From Acidobacteriota bacterium (GTDB lineage Bacteria; Acidobacteriota; UBA890; WLXD01): 64,000 bases of DNA. A program made the translations under genes and the position numbers. The stretch covers positions 512,001-576,000 of the forward strand of contig CAXWPH010000014.1 in assembly GCA_963666055.2 (NCBI GenBank), given 5' to 3'. The notes beneath the pieces are model-generated. The model saw only the letters and a program-made list of their open reading frames with translations. It was not told the origin of the DNA and searched no databases. Shown in pieces: positions 18,101-25,183 of the stretch (its first letter is position 1; every line of letters starts with the position of its first letter).

Positions 18101-20941
18101 GCGCGCTCCGGTATCCAGGAAATACTCGAGGACGCAGTGGCGTTCTTCAGCGAGACGCGACCCAGCGCGTACCCGAAGCAGGGAGCGCCGGCGACCGCGC
18201 TGCAGACCTACTGGATGGGACGCCTTACCGAGGAGCTCATCGGCACCGCCGCCGTTGCCAACGAGCTGATCGGCCTGTTCGACCATCCACTAACCAAGAA
18301 CGTGCGCATGGAGTCAGCGATCGGCAAGTACTACGGCAGCGAGGCGCTGCACGACGGCATCGAGTGGATGGAGCGATTGCGTGGGCTCGATGGCTTGACC
18401 CACCGCCATCGCATCGAGAAGACGCGCCGTGACGCGCGGGTGCTCAACATCTACGAAGGCACCAACGAAGTTCAGCGCTACCTGTTGTTGCGCGACCTGG
18501 CGCAGCGCGTGCTGCCGGCGTGGAAGGCGGCTCAGAAAGATAGCGACGGCGCGGAAGTAGACACGGCCGGCGCGCATCCCGATCTGCGCCGGCAGCTAGA
18601 GGACGTCAAGCAGCGCCTGATGTCACGGCTGCAGGACGCCGACGCGGCGTTCGGCCAACTCATCTGGTCGAACGTCAATCTACAGCCGTGCTTCTTTTGG
18701 CTGGCCGAGATTTCCGGCCTCATCAAGGTGATGGACGCGGTGCTGTATCGCCTCGAATGGCTGGCCGCCCACGACGTGGCCGCCGTGTACCGCGAGCGCC
18801 TCGAGCGCGCTTCGCGCCTGGCATTTCGCCGTTGCGGGGTGCGCATCGACACGCTCGAGCGTTTGTTCACTGCTGCCCACGCCTATCTGCAGGACGGGCG
18901 CTACCCGCCGGATGTGCAGCTCGGGTTCCTGGCTCTCGACGAGGCCGGCGTCATCGCCGAGGCGTGGGGGGTCATGCCCGCGTCGCGTCGCCCGCAGCCG
19001 GAACTACCGCCGCTGGCCGACGATGTGCGCATCGTCGTACTCATCAAGTCGGTGCCCTCGGTTGCCCCGCGGCCGCGGGTCGGCCATGAGTCGTTCGAGG
19101 AATCGCTGCACTCAATCGACCAGGTCGACGTCCGATCGCTGCAGATGGCGCTCGATCTCAAGCGCCGAGATCCGGCGCGGGTAACCGTGGCCGCTTATAC
19201 GCTGGCTGGGGCCACCGGCAACGAGGCACTCCGCCAGGCATTGGCGATGGGAGCCGACGAAGCGCAGATTCTGGTGGGTGGCGAGACGGTACCGGTTCAA
19301 GACCCCGCCCGGGTGGCGCGCATTGTCGGAGGTTGGCTGCAGGACAAGCCGGCCGACATCGTGTTCTGCGGCGCCGCCGCTTCGGACACCTCGCAAGGTA
19401 TCGTCGGCCCCGCACTCGCCGGTGCTCTGGGCCGTGAGTTTCTCGCCGGCGTTACGGAAGTGCGCTGGAGTCCGGCGCCGGAGCCGCTGTTGCACGTCGG
19501 CGCAAGCGGTTGGCAAGGTCACCACATCGATGTGCCGGTGCCCTGCGTCATCGCGACGGCGGCGCACGCCGAGCACGCCGAGGCCGAATACCGGGTCGGT
19601 GGTTTCGTGGCCGCGTTAGCGGCAGCAATCGGCAGGCTCGAGGCCCGCGATTCGGAAGTCGGTGCTTTGCGTGTTGCCCACGTGCCTCGTGCCATTGCCG
19701 GCGGCGGCACTACGGTTCAGATCGCCCGCACGCCGGAGGATGCCGCCGATGTGTTGTTGCGCACGTCCGGGCTGACCGATGCGGTGTCGAGTTCCGAGGC
19801 CGATTCCTACGCCGGCGATCCGGCCGGCTTCGGCCAGCAGCCGGAAGACCCGTCTCCTGTCTGCCTGTTCGTTTGCGCGCCTGTGGCCGCCACCGACATG
19901 GAATCGTCCACGCAGGCGTCCCTGGAATCGGCTGCTCGTCTGGCGGCCGGCGTCGACTTGCCGCTGGACGTGGTGTTGCCGGTGACGGGTCCCGAGGCTC
20001 TCGCTGCGGGAGTGGGGCAGGTGATTGCCGATGTCGGGCCACGGCGCATCTATGTGCTGGAGCAGGCCGACATCGATCGGCTCGGCTACCGAGGTCACAT
20101 CGAGTGGCTCGAGGAGTTCTGGGGCATGTACCGTGGCCAGCCCGAATGGCTGCTCGGGCCGGAATGGGCACGCACGCTGTTCGCCTACTTCGGCGGCCAG
20201 GGACCGCCCGCCGTAGAAAGGAGCTGGTCCTGGTTCGGTGTCGAGCGGGTGAGCAATGGTGGACCGGAGATCCGACTCGGCACATCCATTCTCGACGGTG
20301 CGGCTCGCGCCGTCGCGACGGTGCCGAAAACAGGCGGCTTGCGCATCGTCACGTTTGCCGGCGCCGCCGCAATCGATCTGCCGGACATCGCGAGCTCCGC
20401 TGATGCGACGCAAGTGTTTGCCTACCAACCGCGGCTCGACTACGACCTCGCGTCCGATCCGGCGGCGGCTCTGATGAGTCGCCTGGGCGGCGGAGAGCTG
20501 ACGCTGCAGGCGGCCGAATACATCGTCGATTTCGGCTATGGCGCCGGGGGTCGGGAGGGCCTCGCGGAACTCGCCGAGCCGCTCTTGAGCATCCTGGCAG
20601 ACGAGCTCGGGCTGCCCAACGCGATGATCGGCGCGACGCGCAAGGTCACGCAAGATCTCGAAGTGCTGCCCATGGATCGCCAGATCGGACAGACCGGTGT
20701 GCGTGTACACCCCAAGGTGCTGGTAGCGCTGGCAGTTTCAGGCGCCCCGCAACACGTCGACTGGATCGACGACGAGACTGTCATCCTCGCCTTCAACGTC
20801 GACCCCGACGCGCCCCTGATGAGGCTCAACGAGCAGCGCCCGAATCCGGTGGTTCATCCGATCGTGGGTGACGTTTGGGAAACCATCCCGCGGTTTATGG
20901 CCGCCCTGCGCGCGGGCGAGCGGGCGCAAGGATCGCGATGA
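12191..20941 (+). CDS. 2916-aa multidomain flavoprotein: FixC-like oxidoreductase, FixX ferredoxin, two acyl-CoA dehydrogenase modules, ETF beta, ETF alpha
   Basis: GGGPAG/GGFIYTNRDSLSLG (FixC); CPAKVY...CVKCETC (FixX); ACAD-like module 1; FALTEPTAGSD, GVKMWITNG, IYEGTNEVQR (ACAD module 2); LIKSVP, ALAMGAD, GAAASDTSQG (EtfB); IGATR, QIGQTG, AVSGAPQH (EtfA). Confidence 0.9.
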   Translation: MEQNRFDVIVVGGGPAGITAATALGRAGFSVLVCEAAVYPGAENWSGAVYFAENIEAPEAFGRAAIESGPIERPLVERGFYSYNGHSMLGAALRDPKVFRSCYTVLRPVFDRYLAELAREHGVVLLCETTVQSLIRHQGRIIGVHTERGPAYADVVFLAEGDASHLVTQEGYERVGPDAGEGGSESGPHFLQGVKEVVSLSPEIIEERFGLPAGGGGAYEILLRNGTRHGRTVRLNMGGFIYTNRDSLSLGFVLPVDNLAENFDGDHNLLMEWFKGLPEIERWIDGGEVTSYGAKIIRGGGLREIPRLIDDGLAIGGAASGIGLDFPYPNFTGPATAMGLLFAAAVQKIAADNGGPGGGSGDCPFSAAALEQTYVRPLQRTHYYRNVERLADWPGYIERTRFFFDQQVDLANSVAFIVSRPDISAPRRWWEALRLERRLIVTKHFKSVLADLRENSGALGLGRAAREGFGIGTPVRWLFNTVSALLPSRRTSIGGDKSTGVAIATTPGGGEFRVTYRVLAGAEVPGRLPLVARWYWKRFGPAMGDAFADVYTNDDEPLDTKLPRALGRLIDQFSAWDAVLSVVSLVAGALTLLAQSSIEWFQYAVLKKDLSAFREQFVARLLDDNRRRIRLDDDAVEIRTSYEHKLGTIRYRVGQHSHIKVLWPDDLAARGELVDSPLWNVCPAKVYEVDRNPRGMPGVVVNFDNCVKCETCWRATPDVHWSRATQQRLIYETYTPTHAELRNYLLTRTEPVARLRRLPSYWEAYWSGSSDLSTSSEQAALLTGVEAELRRFSAALDGYSQALGDSPPALEQGERYYLEELLASATRRFEAARALWQTEALESLRAAADGAAAVWADAAERVEELARHAAAKRYFWSDVVGKQLREHHVEGLLVLLRREAAGVDQLAPQHGLPSEPCEAWSWIAGWPAVECRPLAFETHRKTIRDWCDAHVDSAVLNRLEEGLPISTELRDWLAAELRTAVASGRDGETWSDPANRATPATPRYGQRDVLLEELSACDPSLAALAAQHLLACDLLDGVAAADPTLIDNLRAGRQLATVVSQGAICNELIVSGKAAEGVAAVAAEAGVELHGVAPLVATALADWLLVVRDNRGYLVPIDDPGVKLEDVGCIGLVGAAVRRVIFDGCVVPPEHLFDVPSIDERSAFTAPAVGEPFADLLRIGVLDHLAIVRGAGTYLTQRAREHAATRVQFPDSFQDEAGRDTIAKFGAVKRLMAEMEAQRILVESLSIIDPGPTDDPWIGAAVRKVLAADAFGPNRGSLGYNCGQVFAGTAFSEDDCIAKYYRDSSPFRFLLAHDDALRVEIGRRRLAAVRQGNSLVPLSPGEAAWLGALGDEAPLAAAVPRWEAACAKIDGWADSVAAADEPMAELLCFQAGGVVASALAVKVCLLRTGWRLESGLPAQATRAATNLLNDEFCAAVPGVIDDAQLLAETLEVGDETIIHGDFEPAADIADAEPYRAVLETDHGADSGEWLVGGFDGERLRYVPEILWNDPELGAFRDRVEAEQRRRYVEPRFDGLTYNRYLEKLHIVPRDDLDYLVDEGFLRMPIPTSLGGEGVLKALYYIVCEMTGRYGDAALSLAIMANTSIGTTPMLLGLKQDLPRARAELERVKGDPTLLGEIHDGLDKLIAGMARPDLEALQRDYLALMELVKARIVKSSVLKYIGGGFLRAFFAAGQAGEQRDLDSFADNLRQARERLDEILEGVEDRLIEYPRRERAHELFLKMISAGYISAFALTEPTAGSDSGGVKTSARLDRRRVYCDDDGVLYFWLDDKAESERRNLLDADRVGFDFDRHKMLYRFSEDAEAAEINHDAFDYDSRELPSKWRTYRHGDRDVAFTDIAQIREDEAGDLWYEYWELNGVKMWITNGRFAHCFALYATTEPEGVTGFMVDRHAEGMVVGADEEKLGQRASPTNELSLTGVRVPRECIIGFRGRGQVNALETLNTGRTGLAVTARSGIQEILEDAVAFFSETRPSAYPKQGAPATALQTYWMGRLTEELIGTAAVANELIGLFDHPLTKNVRMESAIGKYYGSEALHDGIEWMERLRGLDGLTHRHRIEKTRRDARVLNIYEGTNEVQRYLLLRDLAQRVLPAWKAAQKDSDGAEVDTAGAHPDLRRQLEDVKQRLMSRLQDADAAFGQLIWSNVNLQPCFFWLAEISGLIKVMDAVLYRLEWLAAHDVAAVYRERLERASRLAFRRCGVRIDTLERLFTAAHAYLQDGRYPPDVQLGFLALDEAGVIAEAWGVMPASRRPQPELPPLADDVRIVVLIKSVPSVAPRPRVGHESFEESLHSIDQVDVRSLQMALDLKRRDPARVTVAAYTLAGATGNEALRQALAMGADEAQILVGGETVPVQDPARVARIVGGWLQDKPADIVFCGAAASDTSQGIVGPALAGALGREFLAGVTEVRWSPAPEPLLHVGASGWQGHHIDVPVPCVIATAAHAEHAEAEYRVGGFVAALAAAIGRLEARDSEVGALRVAHVPRAIAGGGTTVQIARTPEDAADVLLRTSGLTDAVSSSEADSYAGDPAGFGQQPEDPSPVCLFVCAPVAATDMESSTQASLESAARLAAGVDLPLDVVLPVTGPEALAAGVGQVIADVGPRRIYVLEQADIDRLGYRGHIEWLEEFWGMYRGQPEWLLGPEWARTLFAYFGGQGPPAVERSWSWFGVERVSNGGPEIRLGTSILDGAARAVATVPKTGGLRIVTFAGAAAIDLPDIASSADATQVFAYQPRLDYDLASDPAAALMSRLGGGELTLQAAEYIVDFGYGAGGREGLAELAEPLLSILADELGLPNAMIGATRKVTQDLEVLPMDRQIGQTGVRVHPKVLVALAVSGAPQHVDWIDDETVILAFNVDPDAPLMRLNEQRPNPVVHPIVGDVWETIPRFMAALRAGERAQGSR

Positions 20942-21040
20942 CTGCGTTGCGCTTGATTCGAGTGCTCGACGTACATTAAGTACGCCTGCGCGCTCGAATC
21001 TGCGCGCGCCTTGTCCTCGCGAGCCTTGCGCCCGCTCGCC
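20915..21040 (+). repeat. Palindromic repeat, family 1 (copy A)
   Basis: 24-bp inverted arms GGCGAGCGGGCGCAAGGATCGCGA / TCGCGAGCCTTGCGCCCGCTCGCC around the core TGACTGCGTTGCGCTTG...TCGACGTAC...GTACGCCTGCG...GCGCGCGCCTTGTCC. Confidence 0.85.
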
Positions 21041-21091
21041 TCTACCGGCGCTTGGCTACGACCCGGCCGTGCCTGCTCGCTTCACGACCCT

Positions 21092-21322
21092 TTAGCGGCG
21101 CTTGGCTACCACCCATAGCGAGTTGTGCTCGCCGGTGTCGAAGTTCGCGCCCTTTGATTCGAGCTCCTCGACGGTGAGGTTGTAGGTGGCGCCGTCGGCG
21201 TAGGCGAGCAGCAGACGCCCGCACTCATCACAGGTGGCGATGTCGCGGTGCTTCGCCAGATTCTTCTCAGCTTCTTGCTCGCAGCAGTGCTTCAGGGGCA
21301 TGTCGGGTGATGGCGCTTCCAC
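21092..21322 (-). CDS. Small hypothetical Cys-containing protein (CC and CxxC; possible Zn binder)
   Basis: MPLKHCCEQEAEKNLAKHRDIATCDECGRLLLAY...; protein-like composition. Start is 21322 or 21301. Confidence 0.6.
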   Translation of the reverse strand: MEAPSPDMPLKHCCEQEAEKNLAKHRDIATCDECGRLLLAYADGATYNLTVEELESKGANFDTGEHNSLWVVAKRR

Positions 21323-21402
21323 CAGTCTGTGAAACGAGGGCTCGAACCATTGTAGTCTGTATCCAGAGCTGCGGTTTCCAGCTGACTAAGAGTCAATCTG
21401 TG

Positions 21403-21746
21403 ATGCGCAATCTCAAGGCAGCCACGGCGGTTTGCGGCGTCATCGGGGCGTTGGCGGTCGCAATTGTTACTCCGCTGGCCATCGCCGCGGCCAGTGGGCC
21501 ATCTTGCAGCGCGACCGGCTCGCCAGCCTGCGCCGCTATTACGACCAGAGCACCGTGCGCATCGGTGAGTCGATGCAGCTGGAGATCGGCGGCCGTACGC
21601 TCAACGTGCGACGTCTCCACATCAGTGGGCCGATTCGTACCGGTTACGTCAACGAGTTCGGCCACGTGGTTCGCCTCGATCTCGATCCCGACCCGTGGAC
21701 GCGGAACGACCGCCACATTCGGATGCTCTTTCCGTCGGAGTACTAG
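21403..21746 (+). pseudogene. Internally deleted paralog of the downstream 341-aa protein
   Basis: Signal peptide MRNLKAATAVCGVIGALAVAIVTPLAIAA in one frame; a C-terminal fragment ending IRMLFPSEY in another, matching IRMLYPSEY of 21787..22812. Confidence 0.65.
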
Positions 21747-21786
21747 CCGGCCATGGTGCTGAAAAACTGCGTACGGCAGTAGCCTC

Positions 21787-22812
21787 ATGTTTCTCGCCCG
21801 CCCGACGCCGATCCTGACTCTCGTCATCTGGTCGCTGGTCACCGGTGGCGCGACGCCGCCGGCCGCGCCGGTGACCAAGGCGCAGTACAGCGAGGTGTTC
21901 GGGTATCAACTCGGGGAGGAGCGCCATTACATCCTCGAGCCCGACAAGGCGCTGCGCCCGGGGGAGCACGGCATGTGGAGCATTCGCTTCGCAGACGTCG
22001 CCGGTGAAGGCGAGGACCTGAGGTTCATCTTCAATCTGGAGCACGAGCGCAGCGAGCTGATTCGGGACATGTTCGGCGGCCTTTCCGGCCGCCTTCAGAC
22101 AATCCGCGTCGAGTCCGTCCTTACGCTCAACGCTTTCGGGTTCCCGCTGCGTGTGGTGATGAGCGAGCAGCACGAAGTCGCCGGCGAACGCCGCACCGAG
22201 AGCGACATGCGAACCACGATCTTCACGTTCGACGGCGAGCGCTACACCAAGGCCGTGCGCATCGAAGGCCGCGAGTGGCGCTTTCCGATCAGCATCGCCA
22301 AGAACAAGGATCTCAACCTCGAAAGCCGAACCGGTCTGTACACGTTTCTGCCCTCGGCGCTGCGCTGTATGGGCCAGCCGGCGATGATCGGCAGGCCGCG
22401 GCGCTGTGAAGAGGGCGACATCACGTTCGCCAACCCGGGGTTGTTGAGCATCGTGATTCCGGTTCTGCGGGAGGAGAAGGTCAACAAGCGCGAGTTCCTG
22501 TTCTTCAAGCCGGCGGGCGTGGGCACGATGCCGGCCGGGCTGATGGACATGAGCGGCTGGGTGCGACGCGAACGCGACACGCAGCGCAGCATCTCGCGCT
22601 ACTTCGACAAGATGACCATCGAGTTCGAAGCGTACGAAGAGGGCGTCGAGATGGGCGTGCGCACGGTGAGCGCGTGGCGAGTCGAAGCCAGCGGCTCGAT
22701 GCGCAAGTTCTGGGTCGACGCCGAAGACCGGGTCATCAAGGTCGAGCTCGACCCGCACCCGCGCACCAACCAGAAGCGCTGGATCCGCATGCTGTACCCT
22801 TCGGAGTACTGA
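21787..22812 (+). CDS. Secreted hypothetical protein
   Basis: Signal-like N-terminus; 341 aa, beta-rich; paralogous C-terminal fragment immediately upstream. Confidence 0.8.
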   Translation: MFLARPTPILTLVIWSLVTGGATPPAAPVTKAQYSEVFGYQLGEERHYILEPDKALRPGEHGMWSIRFADVAGEGEDLRFIFNLEHERSELIRDMFGGLSGRLQTIRVESVLTLNAFGFPLRVVMSEQHEVAGERRTESDMRTTIFTFDGERYTKAVRIEGREWRFPISIAKNKDLNLESRTGLYTFLPSALRCMGQPAMIGRPRRCEEGDITFANPGLLSIVIPVLREEKVNKREFLFFKPAGVGTMPAGLMDMSGWVRRERDTQRSISRYFDKMTIEFEAYEEGVEMGVRTVSAWRVEASGSMRKFWVDAEDRVIKVELDPHPRTNQKRWIRMLYPSEY

Positions 22813-22887
22813 CGAGCCCGACCAAGCGCAATGCCCCAGAGGCGGGCTTCTCGGTGCCCGTAGCAGGAGAGCGTTGAGATGTGCGGG

Positions 22888-23892
22888 CTAGCGTTCGATC
22901 GGCCGGGCGCGGCGCGGGCCCTCTGATTGGCCGTTGAGCGTCCAGTCGTAGTCGATGAAGCGGACGCGTAGCGAGTCGCGATTCTCGCGGATCCAGACGG
23001 CCTCGTCGGCCGGGGCGTATTGCAACACCCAGTCCACGACGTCGTTCTTCTCGGCCTCGAAATCACCGCCGTACCAGTCGAAGTAGCTCGACAGGTACAG
23101 GATGTTCTCTTCTCGATCGATCTGCAGGGCGCGCGGGCTGCTCAAGAACTCGAGCGATAGCTCTGTCATCAGCGGGTCGAGGTCCTCGGCGACATAGGGC
23201 CGGCGCAATAGCCGTGGGCAGCCGAAAGCGCCGCACACCAGCGTCCAGTGGAGCCGAGCGTCGGGAAAATCAGCGCGCAGGATGTCGTGCTCGATGTTGT
23301 CGAGCGTGCGGTCGACACCGCCGACGCGGTTCTCCTGCTTGAAGAAACCGGCGACCAGGCCGAACAGCCGATCCAGATCGCGAACGCTGTCGAGCGGGTA
23401 ACGCTCGACCACCTGCCACACGACGACCGCGTTGTAGGCGTTCATCCAGAACGCCATCTTCTCGTTGTCGCTCGCCAGCCTGTCGGGGTCGACGTTGCCG
23501 ATGGCCTCGATGAACGTTTGCAGGTCGGCGCGCCCGGGGCCGGTGAGCCCCTCGTAGTCGACCAAACCCTCACCGTCGACGTAGTCCTCGAGCACACGCG
23601 CCCACGGGTCGTAAAGCGGGTTGTCGGTGCCGATCTCTGCCCAGGTCTGGCGGGAGAGTTGTGCCTCGGCGCCGGCGCTCTCATCCTCACTCGGGGTCAT
23701 CTGCGCGCCCGCCGCGTCCGCCGTGGGCTTTTCGCCGGCCGCAGCAGTGGCGGAACCCGCGTTCGGTGTCGAGGCGTCGGCCCTTTGTGCGGCGGGGGGA
23801 GCGGGAGTGTCCCCTTGGCATGCAGCCGCCACAAGAATCAGGCCCGGCACCAGCACTGCAAGCGCGGCGATCGAAAGTCGTCGTCGGAACAT
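22888..23892 (-). CDS. DUF547-domain lipoprotein
   Basis: Lipobox VAAAC; AFWMNAYNA, TLDNIEHDILR, RLHWTLVCGAFGCP, FDWYGGDF, YDWTLN. Confidence 0.9.
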   Translation of the reverse strand: MFRRRLSIAALAVLVPGLILVAAACQGDTPAPPAAQRADASTPNAGSATAAAGEKPTADAAGAQMTPSEDESAGAEAQLSRQTWAEIGTDNPLYDPWARVLEDYVDGEGLVDYEGLTGPGRADLQTFIEAIGNVDPDRLASDNEKMAFWMNAYNAVVVWQVVERYPLDSVRDLDRLFGLVAGFFKQENRVGGVDRTLDNIEHDILRADFPDARLHWTLVCGAFGCPRLLRRPYVAEDLDPLMTELSLEFLSSPRALQIDREENILYLSSYFDWYGGDFEAEKNDVVDWVLQYAPADEAVWIRENRDSLRVRFIDYDWTLNGQSEGPRRARPIER

Positions 23893-23974
23893 CGCGGAGT
23901 CCTTAATTCGTGGGGTGCAGGCGGTGGCCTGCGGAGATCCTACAGGCTAGTTGGCGCCGCGAGGAGTTTCGGTT

Positions 23975-24211
23975 TCAGTCGATTCCGAGTCGCTCGCCCA
24001 GCCAATCAGCGTCGAAGCCGACGATCACCTCACCGTCGACAACTACGGTCGGGGTGGCGGCCGGCCCGCCGGTGACGGCGCGTAGCTCACCCATCGGATC
24101 GTCGAAATCTTCGATGTGGATCTCCTCGAATGCGACGTCGTGCCGGCGAAGGAACTCCTTCGCTTGCTCGCACGGCATTCAGTAACGGCTCGTGTAAACC
24201 TGGATATCCAT
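23975..24211 (-). CDS. Selenocysteine-containing glutaredoxin/NrdH-like redoxin (U-M-P-C)
   Basis: ATG at 24211 gives MDIQVYTSRY-TGA-MPCEQAKEFL...ATPTVVVDGEVIVGFD. The TGA (24179-24181) occupies the first Cys position of CxxC. Confidence 0.85.
24139..24174 (-). promoter_or_regulatory. Putative bacterial SECIS hairpin
   Basis: GCGAAGG-AGTT-CCTTCGC stem-loop starts 15 nt after the TGA, has G in the loop, and a lower CGTGC/GCACG stem. Confidence 0.65.
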
Positions 24212-24339
24212 TGAAACGAGTATCAGCCCAATTGTGTGGAGGGGCAACGTGTGGACACAGAGACCCTTCGAGTCTGCGGCGGCGACGCGCTAAGATTCGC
24301 TTCGCCAACGCTCGCCGCTACCGCAGACAAGGAAGTGCG

Positions 24340-25083
24340 ATGTTTTTCCGCCAATACTTGGACCAAGACCCGGTGGTGGCCGTGTCATATTTGTTCGGCT
24401 GCCCGACGCAGGAAATCGGCGCCGTCGTGGATCCCATCGGGGACATCGAGCGCTACCTGAAGGAGTCGGAGGCGGGGAACGTGCCCATCCGCTACGTGAT
24501 CGAAACGCACATGCACGCCGATCACATCTCGAGCGGGCGCGAGCTCGCAAAGGCGGTCGGAGCGGAGTATGTGCTCTTCGCCGGCACCGAGGCCAGCTAT
24601 TCGTTCCGCGGCGTGGAAGACGGTGAGGTCTTGGACATCGGCAACACGCAGGCCGAGGTTCTCCACACCCCGGGGCATACGCCAGAGCACATTTCCCTGG
24701 TCGTGACAGATCACAGCAGAGGCGACGAGCCGTGGTTCGTGCTCACCGGCCACACGCTCATGGTGGGCGACATGGGACGAACGGAGCTCGCGACATCGGC
24801 CGAAGAAGGGGCCGAGGCTCTCTTCGAGAGCGCCACGCGGCTGCGTGGCCTGCCGGACCATCTGGAGGTGATGCCGGGGGCCTTCTCCGGCTCCGTTTGT
24901 GGGCGCGGACTCAGTGGGAGGCCGAGCTCGACGATCGGTTTCGAGCGCCGCCACAACCGTGCGTTCTCTCTGGAGAATCAAGAGGAGTTCATCCGCCTGA
25001 TGCTCGCCGAGATCCCGGCTCGGCCGCTCCAGGCCGAGCGGATCCGCGCCACGAACCTCGGACTCGATTCCGCTACCGCCTAG
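24340..25083 (+). CDS. MBL-fold protein, persulfide dioxygenase (ETHE1/Blh)-like
   Basis: ETHMHADHISS, HTPGHTPEH, GSVCG, STIGFERRHN; start MFFRQY at 24340. Confidence 0.85.
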   Translation: MFFRQYLDQDPVVAVSYLFGCPTQEIGAVVDPIGDIERYLKESEAGNVPIRYVIETHMHADHISSGRELAKAVGAEYVLFAGTEASYSFRGVEDGEVLDIGNTQAEVLHTPGHTPEHISLVVTDHSRGDEPWFVLTGHTLMVGDMGRTELATSAEEGAEALFESATRLRGLPDHLEVMPGAFSGSVCGRGLSGRPSSTIGFERRHNRAFSLENQEEFIRLMLAEIPARPLQAERIRATNLGLDSATA

Positions 25084-25183
25084 TGGGTGAGGGGGCCGGA
25101 GCGGATTGTCAGCTACTCCTTGACGCTTGCGGTGCTCTGCGCCTAGCCTGACGTACAAGAATGGCAGCGTTCGACGATAGCCT

